This document shows positions 39,751-48,845 of a stretch of DNA of 64,000 nt, in pieces. The stretch is from Promethearchaeota archaeon (lineage in GTDB: Archaea > Asgardarchaeota > Lokiarchaeia > Sigyniarchaeales > SOKP01). Positions within the stretch are counted from its first letter, which is position 1. Every line of letters begins with the position of its first letter. Location: positions 1 to 64,000 of the forward strand of contig RDOE01000002.1 in assembly GCA_011364975.1 (NCBI GenBank), given 5' to 3'. A program made the translations under genes and the position numbers. The notes under the pieces were generated by a model. The model was not told where the DNA came from, searched no databases, and saw only the letters and a list, made by a program, of their open reading frames with translations.

Positions 39751-39774
39751 TGATTAACATTTAAGGTGATAATA

Positions 39775-40998
39775 TTGGATAAGGATTCAGATTTTTTTGC
39801 AAAAGGAATGTCAGCGGAAGAGAGAGATCTGTATGATCGCCAATTTCGTTTAGAAGGATGGTCTCAGAAATTGGTAAAAAACTCGAGAGTCTTAATAGCA
39901 GGTGTTGGTGGATTAGGTTGTGAAATTGCAAAAAATCTAGCGATGTTAGGAGTAGGTCATTTAGATCTTGTTGATTTAGACATTATTGAGCATTCTAATT
40001 TAAATCGTCAAATTTTATTTACAGGCGCTAAGTTAGGGGCACCAAAAGCAATTGTCGCGGCTCAAAAATTAACCGAGATTAATCCAAATATTGTTGTGAA
40101 AGGATATCATTCTTCTTTAGAACGGTTAGACCCTGCTTTATACTATGCTGCTGATGTTATTATTGGAGGCCTTGATTCAATGAATGCCCGCTTGAATTTA
40201 AATGCTCAGTGTATACGCTTTAGAAAGCCGTTTGTAGATGGTGGAGTATCTGGTTATCATGGGCATATGTATTCGATCTTTCCTTATCAAAATGCTTGTT
40301 ATGAATGTAATCCACTTCCAGTATCGGAAAGTGATGAAATGGCGGCCTGTACTGTAGTAGGGGTTCCTCGAAAACGTATTCATTGTCTTTTTAAAGGAGA
40401 TATGGCCTTTAAAGAAAAATTTGATAGAGATCCAAATCCAAAAAATATAACAGATATTGAATTTATTCAAAAAGTTGCAAATGAATTAGTAAATAAACAT
40501 AATTTCTTACCAGAATATACAATAGATGATATTGTTAAAATCATTAATCGCCACGATCCTGGGATCATCACGATTAATGCGGTAATATCTGCTTTAGAAT
40601 CTCATGAGGCTGTTAAAATATTGCATTGGAAAAAAGGTCATAAGGGTTTAGGACACCCTATTGCGAGTTATGTAATATTTAATGCAATGACAATGAAACT
40701 TTATCACATAGAAAAGAAGAGAAATCCAGAATGTTCTCAATGTGGTAAAAATACAAGGCGTGTGGTCATAAAGATGAGAGCTCAATCACCATGTTTGAAT
40801 ATAATTCGAACATTAAAAAAGAATGGGTTTGAATTAGAGCCTGAATTTGAACCAGTTCTAACCCTGCAAGATTATAATGATATCTTGGTTTTAGATTTAG
40901 AGCAGAGTTTGATTGAGAATGGTTTGAGGAATTACGAATTTTTAACTGTTGCAGGGTTTAAGGGTGGAGAAATTTATGTTACCTTAAAATTAATTTAA
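39775..40998 (+). CDS. Ubiquitin-activating E1-like enzyme (ThiF/UBA family)
   Basis: YDRQ, GVGGLG, DLDIIEHSNLNRQ, CYEC and CSQC Zn pair, catalytic ACTVVGVPRKRIHC (cf. eukaryotic PxCTxxxxP...HC). TTG start after GGTGA. Confidence 0.92.
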   Translation: MDKDSDFFAKGMSAEERDLYDRQFRLEGWSQKLVKNSRVLIAGVGGLGCEIAKNLAMLGVGHLDLVDLDIIEHSNLNRQILFTGAKLGAPKAIVAAQKLTEINPNIVVKGYHSSLERLDPALYYAADVIIGGLDSMNARLNLNAQCIRFRKPFVDGGVSGYHGHMYSIFPYQNACYECNPLPVSESDEMAACTVVGVPRKRIHCLFKGDMAFKEKFDRDPNPKNITDIEFIQKVANELVNKHNFLPEYTIDDIVKIINRHDPGIITINAVISALESHEAVKILHWKKGHKGLGHPIASYVIFNAMTMKLYHIEKKRNPECSQCGKNTRRVVIKMRAQSPCLNIIRTLKKNGFELEPEFEPVLTLQDYNDILVLDLEQSLIENGLRNYEFLTVAGFKGGEIYVTLKLI

Positions 40999-41090
40999 AG
41001 TTTAATTTAAAAATGATTGGTATCTAAAATTTATCAATAAAAGAAAAGTATGATAAAAAAATTATAATTATAATAAAAAAGGTTAAGAAA

Positions 41091-41618
41091 ATGAGTATAA
41101 GAAGTAGTCGGATTTCTCAAGATTTTGCAGGATTAAAAAAGTTACTCAAGGATGGTACTATTATTCAATTAAAACCTTTTAATCCAAAAAAGAAAAGCAT
41201 TGATCATTTAGCAATTACGCTCAAAGGACCTAAAAATACAGCATATGCAGGAGGCTTGTTTAAATTGGAGATGAGTTTCCCTGCTCAATATCCTAAGCAA
41301 CCACCATTTGTAAGAATGCACACTCCGATATGGCATCCAAATTTTTGGCCAAAACCAAATGAATATAAGGGACAGAGAAATATTTGTTTAGCATTAGTGG
41401 ATCCTTCTTTAGCAGGTAAAAAAGGAGGATGGAGTCCTTCAAAAACTGCTGTCACCATTGTTCAAGCCATAATTGCTATGTTAAATACCAGTGGTAAATA
41501 TGTAAATCCTACTGATGTGTTTAATAAGAAAGCTGCAATGGAAATGATGAAAGATCCAAAGTTTTTCGATAAAAAGGTTAAAAATTTAGTAAAGAAGTAT
41601 GCAAAGGATAAATGGTGA
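41091..41618 (+). CDS. Ubiquitin-conjugating E2-like enzyme
   Basis: GPKNTAYAGGLF, FPAQYPKQPP, WHPN...ICL, WSPS. Confidence 0.93.
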   Translation: MSIRSSRISQDFAGLKKLLKDGTIIQLKPFNPKKKSIDHLAITLKGPKNTAYAGGLFKLEMSFPAQYPKQPPFVRMHTPIWHPNFWPKPNEYKGQRNICLALVDPSLAGKKGGWSPSKTAVTIVQAIIAMLNTSGKYVNPTDVFNKKAAMEMMKDPKFFDKKVKNLVKKYAKDKW

Positions 41619-41624
41619 ATCTAA

Positions 41625-42446
41625 ATGAATGAAGATGATAAGATTAGTATCTCGATTAAGGAAGCAGTTAAGCAAAAAATTAAAGAGAAAATTAAAAAAG
41701 AATTACTTGAAGAGATATATAATGAACTAAAGTTAGAAGAAGAATTAGAGGAAGAAATAACATTTGAGTTAATAGATACCAAACCGTTAGAACACTCAGA
41801 AAGTATTAAGGAAAAACTCGAACCCATTCCTATGGTGCCAGTAAAAACTACCGCTAATAGTGATAAAATTAAAGCACAAATTGTGATAACTGTTAAAGCT
41901 GTTCTAAAGATCGCAAGTCATTCTTTAAAGTACGCTCACTCTAAAATTCCACGAGAAGATTGGGTTGAAGTGATCGGCTTGTTGGCAGGAAAATACGATA
42001 ACGCAAAGGGAGTGTTATATGTTGAAGATGCTTATCCTATGGGTCATGGCACAGCTGTCTACGCAGAGATTAATGTTGAAAGGAATCGAAAGTCTGGTCA
42101 TGAACGAGCGTATGAAGAAATTATCAAAAAGGGGTTATTCATTTGTGGATGGTATCATTCTCATCCTTCCTATGGTTGTTTTATGTCTAGAGAAGATTTA
42201 GGAACTCAAGCACGGTATCAAAAGTTATGGGATAAAGCTATAGCTTTAGTTATAGATCCATATCAAATTAATGGATTATCATTAGGATTTGAAATATATC
42301 GTGCAAATTTTAAAACTAAAAAATGGTTTTCGGTACCTTTTGACATCAAGGGGTACTTAGACGTAAAAATGTTACCTGAGATATTAGACTTTATGAATCC
42401 AATAATTGAGGGAAGAGCAGCCTATTTAGAATATGATGAAGAATAA
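41625..42446 (+). CDS. JAB1/MPN+ (JAMM) metalloprotease, CSN5/Rpn11-like
   Basis: EVIGLL, GWYHSHPSYGCFMSRED, TQ..YQ, ALVIDP; acidic helical N-terminal extension. Confidence 0.92.
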   Translation: MNEDDKISISIKEAVKQKIKEKIKKELLEEIYNELKLEEELEEEITFELIDTKPLEHSESIKEKLEPIPMVPVKTTANSDKIKAQIVITVKAVLKIASHSLKYAHSKIPREDWVEVIGLLAGKYDNAKGVLYVEDAYPMGHGTAVYAEINVERNRKSGHERAYEEIIKKGLFICGWYHSHPSYGCFMSREDLGTQARYQKLWDKAIALVIDPYQINGLSLGFEIYRANFKTKKWFSVPFDIKGYLDVKMLPEILDFMNPIIEGRAAYLEYDEE

Positions 42447-42475
42447 TTTTTGAGTTGAAAGGGGTTAATTAAATC

Positions 42476-43672
42476 ATGGTAAAAAAGAAGGGAATAGCAA
42501 TAATATTTATTCTATTTCTCCTAATAGGACTTATCCATGGTTTAATTTCAATTTCACTAAATATTTCTTTAACCTGGATATTAATTGGATTGTGGATAAT
42601 AGTTTCCTTAAAAATTATAGAAAATATAAGAAGACATCGCGAGTTTAATTCTCCTCATAATACTGCCTTTTTTGTTGTAATCCCTTTATTCATGGGGATT
42701 TTTTATTCCATTTGGGGGTATTTTACGGGTATTTTTGGAGAAAATCTTATCGAAGGTTCGAATCTTTATTTTAGTGGTTGGAGTCTTATTTTTGGATTTC
42801 CTTATGTAACATATGGTTCCTACTCATTATATCGTTGCTTTAAGAAATATAATGTTATTTATTTTGGGGCAAAATCTATAAAAGCTAAGACTTTTGGATT
42901 TATTTTAGCTTTTGTGGTACTTAGCTTTATTATAACTTATTGGATAATATTTTATTCAATATTTGATTATTTTGAGACAATATTAATACCACTTCATTTG
43001 TCGTTAAATCTTAATCTTTTAATATTATTTATTAGTTCTATTTTAATATTAACTATATTTGGATTTTTTGCTTCACAGAGAACCCTACCTGCATTAACTA
43101 ATGATTATATAGAACAACGAACGAGAAAAATAAATTCTTTAGCGAATGCTTCACCGTCATCTTTGCCCAGAACTCAGAGACGACAAGTAACAAATAGACA
43201 CTCAATCCAAACGCCCTCCAGTAAAACTGAAACTATTGCTTCAAGAACTCGAACTAATTCATCAAGAACTACTCCAACCTCTCAAAGAAAGACTCAAAGG
43301 ACCAAGATAACTTATAAAACGAATTCAACAAGAAAAACCTCTGGAACATCACAAAATCGAGGAAAAAAAATGCGAAATTTAGATATATACAAACCTATAG
43401 CAGCATTACTTTCACCAGAAGATTTTAAATGTATTTTCTGCTTTAAATTACCAAAACTCCCCGAAGATAGAAGTAGAGGTATCATTTTATGCCCAAATTG
43501 TAAATATCCTGCACATGCAGATGAGTTCAAAGATTGGGTAAGAACTTCGAATCTCTGTTCAAGATGCAGTACACCAATTTCCTCTAGCTTCAGAAACAAT
43601 CCTAAAATTATTAGCGTAAAAAATTATATGGTAATTTATAAATACTTTTTAAACAAGAAAAATAAAAAATAG
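42476..43672 (+). CDS. Polytopic membrane protein with a C-terminal RING-like domain (candidate E3 ligase)
   Basis: About 6 TM helices, an S/T/R-rich linker, then CIFC-x16-CPNC-x4-H-x2-E..W..CSRC; last gene of the Ubl run. Confidence 0.75.
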   Translation: MVKKKGIAIIFILFLLIGLIHGLISISLNISLTWILIGLWIIVSLKIIENIRRHREFNSPHNTAFFVVIPLFMGIFYSIWGYFTGIFGENLIEGSNLYFSGWSLIFGFPYVTYGSYSLYRCFKKYNVIYFGAKSIKAKTFGFILAFVVLSFIITYWIIFYSIFDYFETILIPLHLSLNLNLLILFISSILILTIFGFFASQRTLPALTNDYIEQRTRKINSLANASPSSLPRTQRRQVTNRHSIQTPSSKTETIASRTRTNSSRTTPTSQRKTQRTKITYKTNSTRKTSGTSQNRGKKMRNLDIYKPIAALLSPEDFKCIFCFKLPKLPEDRSRGIILCPNCKYPAHADEFKDWVRTSNLCSRCSTPISSSFRNNPKIISVKNYMVIYKYFLNKKNKK

Positions 43673-43691
43673 ATGTATGTCCTACTAAAAT

Positions 43692-44651
43692 TTAGTGGGG
43701 CAATTTTACGCTTTTGGTTAATTCTCCTATTGTAGTTTCTAATTCAGAGTATACGTTATGGGGGTGAATCGACTCATAACTTTCAATTTTAAAAATTATT
43801 TTAAAATTGTCTTCTAAATTGGGAAAATTGCGTAAAATGAAATTTTTTGCCATTTCTCTTATAACATCCTCAGCAAATAGAGGCTTTAAATGAGCAGTTC
43901 TCACTAATTTTGCCTCTTCAGGTCGCTTTAAGACTGATTGCATTTTCCCACTCATTGATTCTTCGATTACATCAATTATATCTAAAACATCAATTTTATG
44001 GTGGTTTAAATCTTTGATTTGCACAATAATTGTTCCCAATGATCTCTGATTATGAGAACTAAAAGGTAAAATATTTAGCAATTTTTTGACGATCTCAGGT
44101 GACAAGTCGATATCTTTTCTATTTTTAATGATTTCCTCAGCATATTCCTGGCTCATTTCCTTTGCACAAGGGCATACAGTCATTCCTAAAGCGCTCGCTC
44201 CGATATAATAATTGAAATCAACACTCTGATCTTCTTTCTTTATTGCTTTAACAGATGAACTTATATCATATGCCTTTTGAATAGTTCGTTGTTGGTCATC
44301 CTTAGCTAACACAATTATCTTTCCTTCAAGATTTACATGCACTTTTTCTGTATAAGGATGTTTTTCAAGCAATTTCCTAGCTATTCTATCTCCAACCGCC
44401 TCAACTGAAGGTGTTGATTTAAAAATTACCTCATTAATTATCTCTTCAATTGTTTCTGAAGTTCTCGACATATGAATTCCTCTTTGTTGAGCAGGAAGGG
44501 AAATTAAAGCAGAAATTTTAGGATAAAAAGAATATTTTTTATTCTGTTGAACGATATCAACCTTTTTTTCAACACCTACAATACCCACTTTATCAATTGA
44601 TATATCAATAATGGACCCTGAATCTTGTAAATCTTTTTTAAATTGATGAAT
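43692..44651 (-). CDS. mptA: GTP cyclohydrolase MptA (FolE2 family)
   Basis: DLQD...IDKVGI, QRGIHMSR, MTVCPC, SHNQR, LKRP.E, FAED, ESIHPH. Frame is open to an ATT at 44651; the track start at 44588 cuts off the conserved N-terminus. Confidence 0.88.
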   Translation of the reverse strand: MHQFKKDLQDSGSIIDISIDKVGIVGVEKKVDIVQQNKKYSFYPKISALISLPAQQRGIHMSRTSETIEEIINEVIFKSTPSVEAVGDRIARKLLEKHPYTEKVHVNLEGKIIVLAKDDQQRTIQKAYDISSSVKAIKKEDQSVDFNYYIGASALGMTVCPCAKEMSQEYAEEIIKNRKDIDLSPEIVKKLLNILPFSSHNQRSLGTIIVQIKDLNHHKIDVLDIIDVIEESMSGKMQSVLKRPEEAKLVRTAHLKPLFAEDVIREMAKNFILRNFPNLEDNFKIIFKIESYESIHPHNVYSELETTIGELTKSVKLPH

Positions 44652-44757
44652 TCATAACCACCGATTTTTTCTCTATTTATAAAGATATCTCAATTTTTAT
44701 AATATATATTCGATTATATTATTTTTTGAAATAATAGAAAAAGAATTGTAGTAACTC

Positions 44758-45930
44758 ATGTCTAATTTAATAATTAAGAGTGATTTTGGGTTTATAGGTG
44801 AGGATTTAGAGCTAAAAGCAGAGATATCCATCACCATCAACGAAAAAGGAAGGATTAAAGATATAGATTGTAAAGATATAGGGGATTCAAACAACATAAA
44901 GTATAATGAAAATTCCTCGTTAATCATTCCTGGATTAATTAACTCTCACATTCATATTGGTGATAGCTTTGCGAGAGAATTAGGATATAATAAACATTTA
45001 ATTGATGTTGTTGCGCCACCAAATGGATTAAAACATAAACTTTTGAATATAGTTGACAGAAATCTTATGATAAAAGGTATAAAAACAGCTATAGCTGAAA
45101 TGTTATCATATGGAATTACATTTTTCATTGATTATCGGGAAAATGGTTTGGATGGTATTAAGATACTTCAAGAAGCTCTTAAAGACACTTCCATTAGAAG
45201 GATGATACTAGGAAGACCGAATTATGATAAAGAGTTAGAAACGATATATAAGGAAGCCGATGGAGTAGGGTTTGCAAGTTATAATCATGTGTCAAATAAA
45301 ATCAGAGAGAAACTTAAACTAATAAAAAAGACAATTCCTGGAAAAATTATATCTTGTCATGATGGTGAATTAGAAAGAAATGAGGAATTATTCGATAAAT
45401 TAGTTAACGATAGGTTAATTAATGTTATAATCCATGGTACTCATTATAATGAGCAAGATTTAGAGGCAATAAAACAAAGAGCCATTTCATTGGTATTATG
45501 CCCTAGAAGTAATGGATATTTTGGATTGGGATTTCCTCCGATTTCCCAAATTATTAGGCTGCGTATTCCAATAAGCATAGGAACTGATAATGTGATGGTA
45601 AACAACCTTGATTTATTCGAAGAATTACGTTATTTATATCGGATATACAGGGTATTAGATAAGGATAAAAAAAATCCACTCTTACCATCCAGAGAACTAC
45701 TAAAAATGATTACTATTAATGCCGCGAGAAATTTCAAAATAGAGGAAGATCATGGTTCCATATCCAAAGGTAAGTTTGCAGATTTTTTTAAGGTAAATCT
45801 AGCTGCAACTAACTTTTACAGCATTTATACAAATACAGCGCATTTCTGTGACTTATTAGTTCAAAGATTAAAGTCAAATAACATTAGCAAAGTATATATT
45901 GGAGGTAAGACGGTTTATGAAAGAGATTGA
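44758..45930 (+). CDS. Amidohydrolase family protein
   Basis: PGLINSHIHIGDS, HDGE, IHGT, CPRSN, GTDN. Confidence 0.88.
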   Translation: MSNLIIKSDFGFIGEDLELKAEISITINEKGRIKDIDCKDIGDSNNIKYNENSSLIIPGLINSHIHIGDSFARELGYNKHLIDVVAPPNGLKHKLLNIVDRNLMIKGIKTAIAEMLSYGITFFIDYRENGLDGIKILQEALKDTSIRRMILGRPNYDKELETIYKEADGVGFASYNHVSNKIREKLKLIKKTIPGKIISCHDGELERNEELFDKLVNDRLINVIIHGTHYNEQDLEAIKQRAISLVLCPRSNGYFGLGFPPISQIIRLRIPISIGTDNVMVNNLDLFEELRYLYRIYRVLDKDKKNPLLPSRELLKMITINAARNFKIEEDHGSISKGKFADFFKVNLAATNFYSIYTNTAHFCDLLVQRLKSNNISKVYIGGKTVYERD

Positions 45931-46588
45931 ACGACCATATATAATTTTAAGTTGTGCAATGACTATAGATGGAAAAATAGCATCTAAAATAGGTGATACC
46001 GAGTTATCTGATGAGATAGATTGGAGAGAGGTACATAAGCTTAGAAGCAAAGTAGACGCAATCCTTGTGGGAAAAGGGACAATTATAAAAGACAATCCGA
46101 AACTTCATATTAAATTTGTAGATCATCAAGGATATTACAGACTGGTTGTTGATAGTAACCTTTCAATACCTATTGATGCACAAGTTATTAAGTATAAACC
46201 AGATCTCTATCCTACAATAATAATTACTACTGAAAATATAAAGTTGAATAAAGTTGCTCAATATGAAAAAGCGGGAGTTAAAATTATAAAATCAGGCAAA
46301 CAAGAAAGGGTAGATATTATTAAATTAATGCCTTTACTTTATCAAAAAGGAATTCATAAAATATTATTAGAAGGAGGCGGTAATCTAAATTGGAGTTTTA
46401 TTAAGGCGAAATTAGTAGATGAATTGCGAATAACTATAGCTCCTTGGATTATTGGTGGTGAAAATGCTGTAAGTATAGTTGAAGGAGATGGCTTTTTAAA
46501 GATGATTGAATGTCCTAGGTTTAGATTAATAGAAACAAAACAATGGAATAATTATATTACCTTATTTTATGAAAAGGATTATGAATGA
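45917..46588 (+). CDS. 2,5-diamino-6-ribosylamino-4(3H)-pyrimidinone 5'-phosphate reductase (RibD C-terminal/ArfC-like)
   Basis: AMTIDGKIA, VHKLR, DAILVG.GTI..DNP.L, LLEGGG.LN, VDEL. Confidence 0.88.
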   Translation: MKEIERPYIILSCAMTIDGKIASKIGDTELSDEIDWREVHKLRSKVDAILVGKGTIIKDNPKLHIKFVDHQGYYRLVVDSNLSIPIDAQVIKYKPDLYPTIIITTENIKLNKVAQYEKAGVKIIKSGKQERVDIIKLMPLLYQKGIHKILLEGGGNLNWSFIKAKLVDELRITIAPWIIGGENAVSIVEGDGFLKMIECPRFRLIETKQWNNYITLFYEKDYE

Positions 46589-47693
46589 AGAGAAGAATCA
46601 GATCGAGAAATTAAAGACTTTAAGTTTAAAGAAACTAAAAACTTTAGTAAAAGAGATTAAATCACAATTACCAGAAAAGGATCAGAATATTATTACCTAT
46701 TCTAAAAATTTTACTTTAGTTCTTTCAACGTATTGTTCAAATAGATGTAGTTATTGTTATTTTAATCATAGAATTCAGAAAGAACAAGAAGATGATAATG
46801 TAACTCTATTAGAAAAAGAAAAAGTAGTATCTACTTTATTGATCGCAAAACAATATGATTGTAAAGAAGCTCTTTTAATGTCAGGAGAGTGTTCTGATCA
46901 TTTTAAAGAAGTAAGAGAGGAATTATTAAAAAGTAATTATCAAAGTTTTATTGAATATGTAAGTAGTTTATGTGAAAGGTTATTACAACAAAATTTCTTA
47001 CCCCATACAAATATAGGTACTCTTAATTATCAAGATTTAAAGGAGTTGAAAAAATACAATGCAAGTATGGGATTGATGTTAGAAAGTACAAATAATAAAT
47101 TATGTAAACCAGGAGGAGTACATCAATATTCACCTGATAAAGCACCTGAAAGAAGGATAAAACATATTGAAGATGCAGGTGAACTGAAAATACCATTTAC
47201 TACTGGATTATTACTTGGAATTGGAGAAACAATTGAAGATAGAATTAATGATTTATTTCTCATTAAGCAACTCAATGAAAGATATGGCCATATCCAAGAA
47301 ATTATTATTCAGAATTTTATTCCACATCAAGGGATTTCATATGAACCAAAGCATTTAATCACAATAAAAGAAACTTTAAGAACCGCTGCTTTAGCAAAAA
47401 TCATATGTGGAAATGATATTTCTATTCAAGTACCTCCAAATTTAATCAGAGAATATGAAAGCTTTGCTATTGATCTTGGGATAGATGATTTTGGTGGTAT
47501 ATCTCCATTTACTAAGGATTATATAAATCCCAAACATCCATGGCCTCAAATTACATACTTAAAGGAAATATGTGAATCCAAAGGGGTAATTTTTAAAGAA
47601 AGATATCCTATTTATGACAAATTTATAGAAAAATCTGAATTTTGTCCAGAAAATATTAAAAATACAATAAATAATATTAAGCAAAATGAATAG
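46581..47693 (+). CDS. cofG: FO synthase subunit CofG
   Basis: ITYSKN, CSNRCSYC, LPHTN.G, SMGLMLE, PFTTGLLLGIGE, HIQEIIIQNF, QVPPNL, DFGGISP. Confidence 0.92.
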   Translation: MNEEKNQIEKLKTLSLKKLKTLVKEIKSQLPEKDQNIITYSKNFTLVLSTYCSNRCSYCYFNHRIQKEQEDDNVTLLEKEKVVSTLLIAKQYDCKEALLMSGECSDHFKEVREELLKSNYQSFIEYVSSLCERLLQQNFLPHTNIGTLNYQDLKELKKYNASMGLMLESTNNKLCKPGGVHQYSPDKAPERRIKHIEDAGELKIPFTTGLLLGIGETIEDRINDLFLIKQLNERYGHIQEIIIQNFIPHQGISYEPKHLITIKETLRTAALAKIICGNDISIQVPPNLIREYESFAIDLGIDDFGGISPFTKDYINPKHPWPQITYLKEICESKGVIFKERYPIYDKFIEKSEFCPENIKNTINNIKQNE

Positions 47694-48810
47694 CAGAGAA
47701 ATTATAATTGATCCTAAAATTAGGTCTATTTTAAAGAAAGCGGAAGATTCAGAGGAAATTTCTCCTCAAGAGGGTTTAGTTTTGTTAAAAGTTACGGGGA
47801 AGGAGTTTTTCGCTTTACAACAGACCGCAGATCGTTTATGTTTTGAAAAAAAAGAAAATGTTGTTACTTTTGTGATCAACCGGAATATAAATTTTACTAA
47901 TATATGTTATCAAGGTTGTAAATTTTGTTCATTTAGCGTTCATAATAAGCATGAAGATGGGTACCTTTTAACAATTGAACAAGTAAGAAACAAAACAGAA
48001 CAAGCTAAAGATGTTGGTTGTACTGAGGTATGTATTCAAGGAGGAATTAATCCAAATTTAGATATTGATTATTACTTAAATATTCTTAAAACGGTTAAAC
48101 AAGTTGATTCTAAGATCCATACGCACGCTTTTTCACCTCAGGAAGTATATTCCATGTCAAATTTATATCAAACTTCAATAGAAGAGACATTAAAAGAATT
48201 AAAAAGTGCAGGGTTGGATTCTATGCCGGGAACTGCTGCTGAGATATTAGTAGATAAAATTAGACACATAATCTGTCCAAATAAAATTACAAGCTCACAA
48301 TGGATTGAAATCATTAAACAAGCTCATATCTTAGGGATTCCCACAACTTCTACAATTATGTATGGTCATATTGAAGAACTAAAAGATCGTATTAGTCATC
48401 TTGAAATTATAAGAGAGCTACAAAGAGAAACAGGTGGGTTTACAGAATTTGTGCCACTTCCATTTGTAAGAGAAAACCCCGCATTATCAAAATTACCTGA
48501 ATTTCCTTTAAGGCCCAGTTATGGAATGGCGGACCTAAAATTATTTTGTGTAGCACGCTTATTTTTTAATAATTATATTGATAATATTCAGTGTTCATGG
48601 GTTAAATTAGGTCCAAAATTTGCCCAAGTTTCTCTTAATTATGGAGTAAATGATTTTTCTGGAACTCTAATGGAAGAGAATATTTCTAAAAGCGCAGGAG
48701 CAGAATTTGGAGAATATTTAAAACCTCAAGAAATAATAAATATCATTAAAGATGCCGCAAAAAAACCAGCGCAGAGGGATACTCTTTATAAAATTTTAAA
48801 ATATTTTTAA
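47686..48810 (+). CDS. cofH: FO synthase subunit CofH
   Basis: VTFVINRNINFTNIC..GCKFCSF, SMPGTAAEIL, TIMYGH, FTEFVPLPF, NIQCSWVKLG. Confidence 0.92.
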   Translation: MNSREIIIDPKIRSILKKAEDSEEISPQEGLVLLKVTGKEFFALQQTADRLCFEKKENVVTFVINRNINFTNICYQGCKFCSFSVHNKHEDGYLLTIEQVRNKTEQAKDVGCTEVCIQGGINPNLDIDYYLNILKTVKQVDSKIHTHAFSPQEVYSMSNLYQTSIEETLKELKSAGLDSMPGTAAEILVDKIRHIICPNKITSSQWIEIIKQAHILGIPTTSTIMYGHIEELKDRISHLEIIRELQRETGGFTEFVPLPFVRENPALSKLPEFPLRPSYGMADLKLFCVARLFFNNYIDNIQCSWVKLGPKFAQVSLNYGVNDFSGTLMEENISKSAGAEFGEYLKPQEIINIIKDAAKKPAQRDTLYKILKYF

Positions 48811-48845
48811 AACTTAAAAGATAAATAAACAATTAATTTTTTAAT

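Noticed and set aside
44640-44660. Programmed frameshift or selenocysteine readthrough at the mptA 5' end
   Set aside because: ATG AAT TCA TCA ATT TAA would need a +1 shift, and the in-frame TGA is not at a catalytic Cys position. An ATT start or a sequencing indel is simpler.
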